A stretch of 64,000 nucleotides of DNA from a virus: the IMG/VR virus record IMGVR_UViG_3300042534_000747; one strand, given 5' to 3'. The notes under the pieces are model-generated. The model ran no database searches. It was not told the DNA's origin and worked only from the letters and a program-made list of their open reading frames with translations. Position numbers and translations under genes: made by a program. Positions within the stretch are counted from its first letter, which is position 1. Each line of letters begins with the position of its first letter. Of this stretch, positions 38,203 through 47,548 are shown in pieces.

Positions 38203-39060
38203 ATGACAATAATTTGTTATCATCATGATGATTTAGATGGGATTGTAGCAGGTGCTATTGTATTGGAAGCAGAACGTAATGTAGAATTTATTGCTGTTAA
38301 TTATGGGGATATGTGGGATGAAGAGTTGGTGAAGGATGCTAAAGTTTATGTAGTTGATTTTAGTTTCCCTGTTATGATGAAATTGAAGGAATCTTGTAAA
38401 GAACTTGTATGGATTGACCATCATAAAACTGCAATGGAACAACAGATAGATGCATGGAATGATGAGGAAATCAAAGGGTTACGAAGTATGGAACTATCAG
38501 GTTGTGAACTTACATGGCAATATTTCCATAATGGTGAAAATGTACCACAGGTTGTAAAATATGTAGGTGACATGGATTTATGGGAGTTTGATTATGGAAA
38601 TGATACTAAACAGTATTGTGAAGCAGCTAAGTATATATTTACAACACCTGATGATTATTTGCTAGGTTTTATGCTAACTACTGGTCAACTTAATTTTGAA
38701 AAAGCAACAGAAATTAAAGAACAGGGAAAAATTCTTATTAAGGCAAAAGAAGAACGTGTTAAAAAAGTATTCCATAAAGGGATTGATATTTCATTGCAGG
38801 GTTATAGAGCACGTTTGATGAATACCACATGTGATACTTCTGAAGTAGGTGCTTATGTTTATACTATGCCTGAATATGATATGGCAGTGATGTATCAGAT
38901 AATAGGTAATGATGTTATATTGAGTTTTAGGTCAAATGTTGTTGATGTAGGTGAAATAGCTGAATCTTATGGTGGTGGTGGACATAAATTTGCATCAGGT
39001 GCAACAGTTGATTTTGAAATATTAATTGGTTGGTATAATACTTGTAAAAAGAATATTTAA
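38203..39060 (+). CDS. DHH/DHHA1 phosphoesterase (NrnA-like)
   Basis: HHDDLDG, VVDFS, WIDHH, DMDLW, SFRS, YGGGGHKFASG. Confidence 0.92.
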   Translation: MTIICYHHDDLDGIVAGAIVLEAERNVEFIAVNYGDMWDEELVKDAKVYVVDFSFPVMMKLKESCKELVWIDHHKTAMEQQIDAWNDEEIKGLRSMELSGCELTWQYFHNGENVPQVVKYVGDMDLWEFDYGNDTKQYCEAAKYIFTTPDDYLLGFMLTTGQLNFEKATEIKEQGKILIKAKEERVKKVFHKGIDISLQGYRARLMNTTCDTSEVGAYVYTMPEYDMAVMYQIIGNDVILSFRSNVVDVGEIAESYGGGGHKFASGATVDFEILIGWYNTCKKNI

Positions 39061-39075
39061 AAATGTAAAATTTAA

Positions 39076-39480
39076 GTGATAATTATGAAAATATGTATTA
39101 GACATAAAATTTGTGGAAATGATGAAGATTGTCAATATTTTATAAAGGGTACATATCCTGTTTGTTCATCATGTTATGCTGAATATCTGAATTTTAATTC
39201 TGCATTTTTAGACATTGGTGATTATAAAGATTCAGATGGTAATGAATTACCGTATTTTAAATATTTCAATATTGGTGTTTGTGAAATAAAAAAATATAAT
39301 GCCAATTATGGTGATGATAGAGTTTGTGTATGTGGACATACATATGACAGACATTTTGACTATTATGAAAATTATGCGGCAGTAGGTTGTAAATACTGTG
39401 GTTGTGAATTTGAAGAAGCAGATTCAAAAGAACGAATCATACGTAATGATGCATGGTCAATGGAACAAATAATTAAATAA
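39076..39480 (+). CDS. Cys-rich hypothetical protein
   Basis: CSSC, CVCGH..H, CKYCGC. Confidence 0.6.
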   Translation: MIIMKICIRHKICGNDEDCQYFIKGTYPVCSSCYAEYLNFNSAFLDIGDYKDSDGNELPYFKYFNIGVCEIKKYNANYGDDRVCVCGHTYDRHFDYYENYAAVGCKYCGCEFEEADSKERIIRNDAWSMEQIIK

Positions 39481-39501
39481 CAATTCATTTTTTAGCAAAC
39501 A

Positions 39502-39539
39502 TTTATATACTTTGACACCATTGTATAGCATTGTAGGTG
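39502..39539 (+). promoter_or_regulatory. Repeated promoter/RBS unit
   Basis: AGCAAACA-TTTATATA-N18-GCATTGTAGGTG. Confidence 0.75.
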
Positions 39540-39546
39540 TATTAAA

Positions 39547-39807
39547 ATGAATATAAATGATATAGTAGATTTTGCAAAGGAAAATGGTTTTGCCATTGTA
39601 CAGATTACAAATGAAGAAAATTTTTGTGCCGATTTTGACACGATTGTTTTTGAAAATGTAGACAGATATGTAAGTGTTGAAACAAGAAGAGGAAAAATTT
39701 CAGTCAATTGGTCTGCAATTGGTAATTCCAGTATTGGTGCTACAACTAATTTCATTCATAAAATGGAAATTGCAAAGGAAATTGCAAAGATGCTTCAGGT
39801 GCTATAA
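39547..39807 (+). CDS. Hypothetical protein
   Basis: Directly behind a promoter unit. Confidence 0.65.
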   Translation: MNINDIVDFAKENGFAIVQITNEENFCADFDTIVFENVDRYVSVETRRGKISVNWSAIGNSSIGATTNFIHKMEIAKEIAKMLQVL

Positions 39808-40316
39808 TGAAACTTTTTTATAAAGATGAAGCAGGTAGAATTGAAGATGTTATTGCTAAGAATTGCACATTTCCTAAAATGACAGGTCATGGTGGCAGGT
39901 CATGGGATATAAAAGATATTTACATAAATGATGTGAAATATAGATTTTATTATGATACTACATGGGGTAGAAATTATTATTTTGTGTATGATGGAAAAAG
40001 CTATTCAATAGATGTAATTGATTTCCCATCAAATAAATATTATACACTTTTGTCATATGCATATCATAATCAGGCAATTCCTTCTGAAATGAAAAATATA
40101 GATGATTTGAATTCTATGTTTTTTAATACAGTGTATGAGTTAAAGAGATATTCATATACAGATTTAAATGAAGCATTTGAGCATTTAGAAGATGTTTATA
40201 TTTTCAAAGATGATGTAATCACTGATATTGAATATTTTATGAGGATAGTTGAAAATCCAAATAAAGTACAAATTAAAATAATGAAGATATTGAATTTCAA
40301 TCGTGTAGAATTGTAG
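39807..40316 (+). CDS. Hypothetical protein
   Basis: TAATG coupling. Confidence 0.65.
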   Translation: MKLFYKDEAGRIEDVIAKNCTFPKMTGHGGRSWDIKDIYINDVKYRFYYDTTWGRNYYFVYDGKSYSIDVIDFPSNKYYTLLSYAYHNQAIPSEMKNIDDLNSMFFNTVYELKRYSYTDLNEAFEHLEDVYIFKDDVITDIEYFMRIVENPNKVQIKIMKILNFNRVEL

Positions 40317-40790
40317 GTGAATATTATGAATGTTGATTTAGAAAGTACAATAATTCAGATGGCAGAGTCAGTTGTTATAAATAATGAATTACCTGATTCT
40401 ATTTCTTTTACTATTAGGATGGAAACACCAATCTGTGAAATGCATGACGGTGAAAGATATTTTGAAGGGTCAGATTGCTCATTTTATCATATGATTTTCC
40501 ATACAAGAAGTAATTATGTTAAGGTGTATGCTGTGAAGTCAGAATCTATGTTTTATCCTGATATTGAAGATGTGCTTAAACTTGTTTCAAATCATGATTC
40601 AGGATGGCGACAGGACTCTTGGTATGACCTTAGAAAGATTGTAAGGGAAATCAATAATCCAGAATTGAGATTGAGTATTCAGAATGTAGAAATTTTCAAC
40701 TTAACAACTGAAATCGTACCTTGCAGTTACGAATATACATATAGATATAATCATCATCAAAAGACAATTGAAAAAAATAATTTAAATTAA
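40317..40790 (+). CDS. Hypothetical protein
   Basis: TTGTAGGTG RBS. Confidence 0.65.
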   Translation: MNIMNVDLESTIIQMAESVVINNELPDSISFTIRMETPICEMHDGERYFEGSDCSFYHMIFHTRSNYVKVYAVKSESMFYPDIEDVLKLVSNHDSGWRQDSWYDLRKIVREINNPELRLSIQNVEIFNLTTEIVPCSYEYTYRYNHHQKTIEKNNLN

Positions 40791-40815
40791 AATATAATTA
40801 TATAAAGGTGTATTT

Positions 40816-41199
40816 ATGAAAGCAATTTGTTTAAGAACTGGAAGAGAAGCTTCTTTGATGGAAACATGTAATTGTGCATTGAAAGTTAATGATAAAATAA
40901 TTGAATTTGATGAAATTTGTCAGGTTGGATGTGGATTTCTAAAAGAATGTCAGGAGTTCACAAATAAGGAAGCTCTTGAATTTGGCATAAGATTACATCA
41001 GATTATGGAAAAATGGAATTCCGATTTGTCATTTGAAACAGAATTGAATGAAGATACAGTAGATGAACTTGCTTCAAAATTGAAGGATGAGTTAGGTGAT
41101 TTGGCAATTATTTACGGTGTAATTTGGAATTTGAGAAAAGAACAACATGCAGTAAGATTGAATGAAGATTGCTATGATATGGCAAATTTGATGCTTTGA
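40816..41199 (+). CDS. Hypothetical protein with Cys motifs
   Basis: AAGGTG RBS. Confidence 0.65.
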   Translation: MKAICLRTGREASLMETCNCALKVNDKIIEFDEICQVGCGFLKECQEFTNKEALEFGIRLHQIMEKWNSDLSFETELNEDTVDELASKLKDELGDLAIIYGVIWNLRKEQHAVRLNEDCYDMANLML

Positions 41200-41240
41200 A
41201 GGTATATAAATAAAAACAGATAAACATAAAGGGTAATTAA

Positions 41241-41423
41241 ATGATATTTATTAAAAATTATGAAAAGTTTAGAGATGAAATTATTGATGTACTTAATAAA
41301 TCTGAAAAATTTGAAAAGATTTCATTAATTGCAGATGATATATTAAGAATTGAACTAAAAAATGAAGATAGAACGTTTAGTTTACACATTGGTGAAATAA
41401 ATCCAAAATATGATTTAAAGTAG
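41241..41423 (+). CDS. Small hypothetical protein
   Basis: 60 aa, co-oriented. Confidence 0.55.
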   Translation: MIFIKNYEKFRDEIIDVLNKSEKFEKISLIADDILRIELKNEDRTFSLHIGEINPKYDLK

Positions 41424-41432
41424 GTGTGAAAA

Positions 41433-41978
41433 ATGTCAGGTGGGAGTTTTAATTATTTGTTTGCTACAGATGGTATTGATTTGATTGATGAATGTAAATT
41501 GCGTTATATGAAAAAAATGTATCGTGAACTTATAGATTTAGGTATTCATGATGGTGCAAAAGAAACAAAAAAAATAATTGATGAAATGGAATTATTTGTT
41601 AAAAAATATGATAATACAATGGAAACTCTTAGTTCATTGTGGAAAGCAGTAGAGTGGGAATGTAGCGGTGATATTGGAGAAGATTCATTGAATGAAAAAG
41701 TTGCTGAATTTAGGAAAAATAAATATAATATAGATGTATTAAGTAAGAATTTTAAAATTAATGCTTATCAGTTTGATGGAACAAAAGCAAGTAAAGAAGC
41801 AATTTGTACTGTATTTCCTGATTTGGTGACAAGTTTCATAAAAGATGAAGAAAGTGATATAATTGAAATATGGGGAATATATATTGATTTTAAAAATGAA
41901 TGTTTATCACATCTTCAAAAAAATGATTGGATTTATCAAGATTCAAAAGGATTGTTCCATGTAGTTGAGTATTTTTGA
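41433..41978 (+). CDS. Hypothetical two-domain protein
   Basis: MSGGSFNYL start (recurrent phage motif) and C-terminal AYQFDGT..DWIYQDSKG domain. Confidence 0.65.
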   Translation: MSGGSFNYLFATDGIDLIDECKLRYMKKMYRELIDLGIHDGAKETKKIIDEMELFVKKYDNTMETLSSLWKAVEWECSGDIGEDSLNEKVAEFRKNKYNIDVLSKNFKINAYQFDGTKASKEAICTVFPDLVTSFIKDEESDIIEIWGIYIDFKNECLSHLQKNDWIYQDSKGLFHVVEYF

Positions 41979-41989
41979 GGTAGATTAAT

Positions 41990-42406
41990 ATGTATGATTT
42001 AGATGATGTAACACATATAGTTGATAAGTGTTTTAATTGTAAAACATTTTTTGTAAAAGGTAATATAATTTGGGAATCAATTATTGATAGAATGGGTAGA
42101 AAAGAAAAAGTTTTTGAAGAACCTTTTCGAGAAGATAATGAATGGGGAAGTATATATTTTTGCAATAAATGTAATGATAAACATTTGAATTTAGTTGGTG
42201 ATAAAGGAGATAAAGCAGTATGTAATTTGAACAATGATATTGATTGTGTGCAATGTTTTGAATGTGGTGAATTTATCACAGATTGTATAAAAAAGAACAA
42301 TATAGGTGTTTTGAAATTTGAAAAAGGATATATAGGTAATAGAGATGAACCTTCTGAAGATGGTTATATTTATTTTATTTGCATGAATTGCTTTGAAGCA
42401 ATTTAA
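41990..42406 (+). CDS. Zn-finger-rich hypothetical protein
   Basis: CFNC, CNKC, CFECG, CMNC. Confidence 0.65.
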   Translation: MYDLDDVTHIVDKCFNCKTFFVKGNIIWESIIDRMGRKEKVFEEPFREDNEWGSIYFCNKCNDKHLNLVGDKGDKAVCNLNNDIDCVQCFECGEFITDCIKKNNIGVLKFEKGYIGNRDEPSEDGYIYFICMNCFEAI

Positions 42407-42424
42407 TTCTTTTTTTAACAAACA

Positions 42425-42462
42425 TTTATATATGATTAATGTCTACATATGTATTGTAGGTG
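42425..42462 (+). promoter_or_regulatory. Repeated promoter/RBS unit
   Basis: AACAAACA-TTTATATA-N18-GTATTGTAGGTG. Confidence 0.75.
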
Positions 42463-42470
42463 TAATTAAT

Positions 42471-42629
42471 ATGTCAAAAAATCTTGTTGAACATTGTTTT
42501 GAATATAATGGTGAATTGGAAAGAGTTTTTTATGCAGGTGATTTGTGTAATTATTGTCATAATTGTCAAATATGGATACATATTAGGGCTTTGACTGAAG
42601 AAGAAAAAAAGTATGAATTTTGTGTATGA
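42471..42629 (+). CDS. Small Zn-finger-like protein (start revised from 42393)
   Basis: ATG 8 nt after the promoter-unit RBS; MSKNLVEHC..CNYCHNC. Confidence 0.6.
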   Translation: MSKNLVEHCFEYNGELERVFYAGDLCNYCHNCQIWIHIRALTEEEKKYEFCV

Positions 42630-42642
42630 ATAGGTGATTTAA

Positions 42643-43326
42643 ATGTATACTGAAGAAGAAATTGAAACATTAATTACAAGAGAAGCAATTAAAGATTATT
42701 TTTCAAAAGAAGGGAAAATGATTGTTTATTCTGATACTTCACATGTTATTGTAAATGATGATGAAGGCATTTTGGAAGAAAAGGAAATTGTAGGTATTAT
42801 TAATTGTTTTAAATTGAATGAAGAAAGCATTGTGAATGCTTGTGATATAGGTGATGATGTTTCACCAGAGGTTGCATTTATAACTCAAAAATTGTACAAT
42901 TATCAGCTTAATCAAAAAAATGCAATGGATTTATCTGAAAATTATTTGGATATGTGTTCATATGCATGTGATGAATTTCAAGATTATTGGAATATTGAAA
43001 TTGGTGATTATTGCCTTGATACAGGTGATATTTTGCTCATTGATTCAGATGAAAGAAAAGATTATGCAGAAGAATATGAATCTACATGGATTCCCAAACA
43101 AGACCAATTAATTAATATTGTGATGAATGAATGTAAAACGGATTGGTTTGGTGCTATTGGAATTGTTAGAGATTGGGTAGTGAATCCATCAAAGAAAGTT
43201 AAGAAGGCATATCCTAATATTTCTAAAAATAGAGGATTTGAAACTTTTGAACAAACAATAATGGCTTGTATCATGGAAATGTTTTTTGGCAAAATTTGGG
43301 TAAATGGAAATTGGAAGGATGTGTAA
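42643..43326 (+). CDS. Hypothetical acidic protein
   Basis: 227 aa; WIPKQDQL motif. Confidence 0.65.
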   Translation: MYTEEEIETLITREAIKDYFSKEGKMIVYSDTSHVIVNDDEGILEEKEIVGIINCFKLNEESIVNACDIGDDVSPEVAFITQKLYNYQLNQKNAMDLSENYLDMCSYACDEFQDYWNIEIGDYCLDTGDILLIDSDERKDYAEEYESTWIPKQDQLINIVMNECKTDWFGAIGIVRDWVVNPSKKVKKAYPNISKNRGFETFEQTIMACIMEMFFGKIWVNGNWKDV

Positions 43327-43617
43327 TTGATGGAATGGGAAGAAGAAATTTATTTCATTAAGGATAATATTGTTAGAAAATATAGTTTTGTTGCAGTACA
43401 TAGCAATGAACATTATGCTATTTATATGGGTGGTGGATGTGGTAATTATCCAATAAGAGTTTATCAGGATAAAACAGGAATGTATTCTACTGAAGAAATG
43501 GGTAAAGCTTATTTCAATGAAATTGATGCAATTGATTTTGCTATAGATGTACTTGAAAGAAGATTGGAAAGAATGAAGGAAAGAAAAGAAATTTATTTAA
43601 CTGAAAATCATGTTTAA
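43327..43617 (+). CDS. Hypothetical protein
   Basis: Coupled to neighbours. Confidence 0.6.
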   Translation: MMEWEEEIYFIKDNIVRKYSFVAVHSNEHYAIYMGGGCGNYPIRVYQDKTGMYSTEEMGKAYFNEIDAIDFAIDVLERRLERMKERKEIYLTENHV

Positions 43618-45052
43618 AATTATTGATGAAAATATAGATAATATAATTGGTAAAAAATATTATCTTTGTAAAATTAATTTGTTTGAATTAATTACAATTG
43701 TAAAAAATAAAATGGTAGATATAGACATTTCATCATTTAATCGTGATTTTTTAGATTTTAATGTGAATGATTATTATGAAACAGATAATGAAACACCTGA
43801 AAATAAAAAAATCAGAATTGAAGCAGAAAATAATGTAAAAAGATATAATGGAATTACTTTAACAAGTCCATATATAGATGATGGATATACAAGAGAAAGA
43901 ATAAATTATTTTAGTAATAAAAGTAAAAGCATAGAAAATGAATCAGAACATGGTTTTATTTTTAATTATGCAATTGAAAATAATTTTATATCTCTTTATT
44001 CAGAATCATTCAATGATGGGAAATTAGAAGGATATTTTTATTTATTGGATGGATATAGAAGATTACTATTTGATTTTAATACAATTGAAAAAAATATTGA
44101 TAAAGATGTGTATGTAAAAATCTATACTAATACTACTGAACAAGATATTATGGAATTGATGTTTGGGTTTAATATTTGGAAAATTCCACAAGGAATACAT
44201 GTTTGGTTTGATAGAGGATGGAGATTATTCATTTTTATGCATACTGGTATTTATTTAAGTCAGCAGCATTTTTATTTGTTAGATGAATATGTTGGTAGAG
44301 AATATATTAATTATAAAACATATGATGCACAAGAAAAAATAATTACATCTAAACAATTTTATAATGATATAAAGATTATTGATTATTTAGTTAATTGTGA
44401 AAAAATGCATCATTCAAAAGGTAAATATTTTAATTATGAATTTATTGAAAAATTAGGAAAGATAAGATTAAATGGCAATGAAAATTATTTAAATGTTGAA
44501 GATTGGATTCATTTTTTAGATTTAAAATATGAAGATGTTGATAAGATTAAAAGCATGACTGTTCACGGACATTATAATAAGAGAATTATATTGCTAGTGA
44601 ATGAATTCTTTGATATGTGGAAAAATCCAGAACTTATTGAAGAAATGAATACTGAAAAACCTAAATCAGTATCAAAAACGGTAATTGAAGATTTTTATTG
44701 GAATATTCCATCTTATGTAAGAAATGAACATACGATATCAATTATAAATGATGAATGTTTATATATTGATTGTGTAAATTATTATTATGAAAATAATAAA
44801 TTATATCAATATTCTACTTATAATAAATATAGTAACAAATACAGAGTATATTTAATATTTGATAAGTATAAAGTAATTAGTTATGATAAGGTTTATTATA
44901 TAATTAACAAAGATATGAAAATTAATTATGTAGATTTAGTATTTCATGATAATTATGTATTTAAAGGCTCAAAGGAAGAATTAATTATTAAAATTAAAGA
45001 AAATACTGGAAAGACATGGAAACCTAATACAAGATTGACTGAATTTTTATAA
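43610..45052 (+). CDS. ParB/Srx (DUF262-like) domain protein
   Basis: FYLLDGYRRL followed by ELMFGFN (DGQQR...F..lN-type pattern). Confidence 0.55.
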   Translation: MFKIIDENIDNIIGKKYYLCKINLFELITIVKNKMVDIDISSFNRDFLDFNVNDYYETDNETPENKKIRIEAENNVKRYNGITLTSPYIDDGYTRERINYFSNKSKSIENESEHGFIFNYAIENNFISLYSESFNDGKLEGYFYLLDGYRRLLFDFNTIEKNIDKDVYVKIYTNTTEQDIMELMFGFNIWKIPQGIHVWFDRGWRLFIFMHTGIYLSQQHFYLLDEYVGREYINYKTYDAQEKIITSKQFYNDIKIIDYLVNCEKMHHSKGKYFNYEFIEKLGKIRLNGNENYLNVEDWIHFLDLKYEDVDKIKSMTVHGHYNKRIILLVNEFFDMWKNPELIEEMNTEKPKSVSKTVIEDFYWNIPSYVRNEHTISIINDECLYIDCVNYYYENNKLYQYSTYNKYSNKYRVYLIFDKYKVISYDKVYYIINKDMKINYVDLVFHDNYVFKGSKEELIIKIKENTGKTWKPNTRLTEFL

Positions 45053-45063
45053 AGGTGATATAA

Positions 45064-45309
45064 ATGATAAGTTTTGATAATTTGTTTAATGGATGTGAAC
45101 CTGATGAAAAAGGTATATTTGATTGTGTAATTACTCAATTAACAGCAGAATCAAAAAATAAACCTGCTAGAATGACTATTAAAATACCTAAAGAAATATG
45201 TACAGATAATTTGAAAGATTTCAATAAATTTGAAGAAGATTATATTTTGACAATTGTTTGTATAAAAAAATCTGCAATTAATAGATTAACTATTAATGAT
45301 AAAGATTAA
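45064..45309 (+). CDS. Hypothetical protein
   Basis: AGGTGA RBS. Confidence 0.6.
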   Translation: MISFDNLFNGCEPDEKGIFDCVITQLTAESKNKPARMTIKIPKEICTDNLKDFNKFEEDYILTIVCIKKSAINRLTINDKD

Positions 45310-45335
45310 CCACCATCTTCTTTTTTTGAGATATA

Positions 45336-45373
45336 TTTATATACTTTGAATGCCTTGTATTGTCTTGTAGGTA
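45336..45373 (+). promoter_or_regulatory. Repeated promoter/RBS unit
   Basis: TTTATATA-N18-GTCTTGTAGGTA. Confidence 0.7.
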
Positions 45374-45379
45374 ATTAAA

Positions 45380-45733
45380 ATGATAAAAATAGAAACTCTT
45401 GGAAATCAGATAATGATGAACGGTGACTTTCTTTTTGATGTTGAAAAACATGTTGTGAATTTAGCAGGTATTAATATGTCTGTTGAAACTGATGAATTTG
45501 CAATTATTCCTTTGCCAAAATATGCACAGGATGAAATTAAAGGCTTGTTATATGATGATGCAATGCCTAATGAACTTAGTAGAGTAGAATCTATTATTAC
45601 AATTCTTGGCAATGAATTTCAGGATGTAGAAGGGGAAATAAAGATAATGTCAAATGGCATTCCTTATAGTATTATGCTATGTTTAGAAACAAATCTTAGA
45701 ATGCATAATTTTAAATTGGTATCTGTTAGTTAA
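45380..45733 (+). CDS. Hypothetical protein
   Basis: Directly behind a promoter unit. Confidence 0.65.
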   Translation: MIKIETLGNQIMMNGDFLFDVEKHVVNLAGINMSVETDEFAIIPLPKYAQDEIKGLLYDDAMPNELSRVESIITILGNEFQDVEGEIKIMSNGIPYSIMLCLETNLRMHNFKLVSVS

Positions 45734-45741
45734 GGGATTAT

Positions 45742-45954
45742 ATGTGTGAAAATTGTAATGACGAAGAAGATTTATATCAAAAAATAATAGATGTTGGAGT
45801 TATAGATTTAAGAATCAATCCATGTGAAAATGATTATTTTAAGGTAATTAATTGCACTTGGACTGATTATGTATTTGATTATGGTGGTTTTGGTGAGATA
45901 AAAGTTTTATGTAAAATATGTAATGAAATTAAAAATATTGATATAAGTGCTTAA
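45742..45954 (+). CDS. Small Zn-ribbon-like protein
   Basis: CENC...CKIC. Confidence 0.6.
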   Translation: MCENCNDEEDLYQKIIDVGVIDLRINPCENDYFKVINCTWTDYVFDYGGFGEIKVLCKICNEIKNIDISA

Positions 45955-45969
45955 AGTGGGTAAGATAAA

Positions 45970-46401
45970 ATGCATGATAGATATTTAGCAAGAGTTGATT
46001 CAAAACATTTCAATATTATGGATTTGATTGAATATATTGATGAAAATCAAATTAAATATGTTCATTTTGAAGTTGATGATATTGTAAAATCTGAATTGAT
46101 TGAATCTATTTTGCTAAGAATTTCAATAGGTGTATTTTATTTTGATATGAGAAATAATTGTGTTCTTGAAACATTTGATGGTAAAAAAAGAATTTCAGTA
46201 ATTCATGATTTTGTAAATGATAAATTTAAGTTGAATGGTATGAAATTTTTCCCTGAATTGAATGAATTATCATATAGTGAAATTCAGAGAGGTATACAAA
46301 GACGAATTGATGAGTATATGATTAATTATGAACTTATTGATATAGAAGTTCCAGAAGATATGAAGGAAATAATTAAGCAAAGAATGATAACTAAATTATA
46401 G
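45970..46401 (+). CDS. Short DUF262-like protein
   Basis: LIESILLRI..GVFYF..ETFDGKKRISVIHDF..F.L. Confidence 0.6.
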   Translation: MHDRYLARVDSKHFNIMDLIEYIDENQIKYVHFEVDDIVKSELIESILLRISIGVFYFDMRNNCVLETFDGKKRISVIHDFVNDKFKLNGMKFFPELNELSYSEIQRGIQRRIDEYMINYELIDIEVPEDMKEIIKQRMITKL

Positions 46402-46429
46402 ATAAGATTAAATAAAAAAGTGATTTATA

Positions 46430-46906
46430 ATGTCTTATATAAAATATGGTAGACGTTGGTTTATAACTCGACATGAAGCAGAAAAATACAATGAAAATGG
46501 AAAAAAGTTATATTTTGATAATGGAGAAATGGCATATTGTTTTATTAACAATGATGGTTCTTTTTGGAGAATTGATAATGAACTATTGACCAATAATAAA
46601 ATTTATGAACAGTATAAAATGTCAATTTCTGCTTGTTCACAATGTCGATTGGATATTGCTACATTTGAAATTGAACATATGATTCAAAAATTGAATAAAC
46701 TTATTATAAATATAAAATATGTTCATGAATATGAACAATTGGATTCATTAACTGAATATAAAAATGAAATTTATAAAACTGTAATCCCATATTATGAAAT
46801 TCTTTCTTATTTAAGAAAAAATAGATTTAATGTTCCAATAATTCAAGAAGAAGAAAATTATGGAATTAAAAATCGTGTAAAAGCATTTTTAAAAAAATAT
46901 AACTAA
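46430..46906 (+). CDS. Hypothetical protein
   Basis: 158-aa co-oriented ORF. Confidence 0.6.
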   Translation: MSYIKYGRRWFITRHEAEKYNENGKKLYFDNGEMAYCFINNDGSFWRIDNELLTNNKIYEQYKMSISACSQCRLDIATFEIEHMIQKLNKLIINIKYVHEYEQLDSLTEYKNEIYKTVIPYYEILSYLRKNRFNVPIIQEEENYGIKNRVKAFLKKYN

Positions 46907-46934
46907 TATTTTTCAATTCCTTTTTTTAGATACT

Positions 46935-46972
46935 TATTTATAGTTTGTATGCATTGTATATGATTGTAGGTG
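46935..46972 (+). promoter_or_regulatory. Repeated promoter/RBS unit
   Basis: TATTTATA-N18-TGATTGTAGGTG. Confidence 0.7.
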
Positions 46973-46979
46973 TATTAAA

Positions 46980-47159
46980 ATGAATATATATGATAAAATT
47001 GAAAAAATGTCTGATAATGATTTGTTGATTGTTTGGAATGGTCTTTTTCATGAATCATGGAATTGTGATACTATGTATGATGATGAATTTTCTATGGATG
47101 ATTGGGCACAAGGAATTTACAGTGAATTGAATAATCGTGAAATTGAATATAGGACATAA
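46980..47159 (+). CDS. 59-aa acidic protein missed by the ORF track
   Basis: MNIYDKIEKMSDNDLLIVWNGLFHESWNCDTMYDDEFSMDDWAQGIYSELNNREIEYRT*, 7 nt after the promoter-unit RBS. Confidence 0.7.
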   Translation: MNIYDKIEKMSDNDLLIVWNGLFHESWNCDTMYDDEFSMDDWAQGIYSELNNREIEYRT

Positions 47160-47161
47160 AG

Positions 47162-47545
47162 GTGAACATAATGATGATTAATGGATTTGAATTTATTGTT
47201 GAAGATGATATTTTAAATCTTACGTCAATGCTTGCTACAAAAGAGCAGCAGGAATTATGTGTTGTTGATTTAGATGATATTAGTAGGAGTCAAATAAGGG
47301 AATATATGACTTTCTATGAGATGCCTGATAATGAAGAAATTGAAAAAAGGGCATGGTATATTGTAAGAATTCTAAATGATTTGTGTGAAAGTGAAGATAG
47401 AAAGATTATGGTGTTAGTTGATTGTCCTCTTTGGTTTATGGAAACTTTCAAGAAATGGTTAATTAGTTATGATTTTATACCAATGTGTGAAGTTTATGGT
47501 ATAGTAGAAAATGAATGGGAATTTATGGGATTTAAGGAAGTGTAA
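47162..47545 (+). CDS. Hypothetical protein
   Basis: ILNLTSMLATKEQQ..LTFYEMP..EEIEKRA pattern. Confidence 0.65.
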   Translation: MNIMMINGFEFIVEDDILNLTSMLATKEQQELCVVDLDDISRSQIREYMTFYEMPDNEEIEKRAWYIVRILNDLCESEDRKIMVLVDCPLWFMETFKKWLISYDFIPMCEVYGIVENEWEFMGFKEV

Positions 47546-47548
47546 AGA

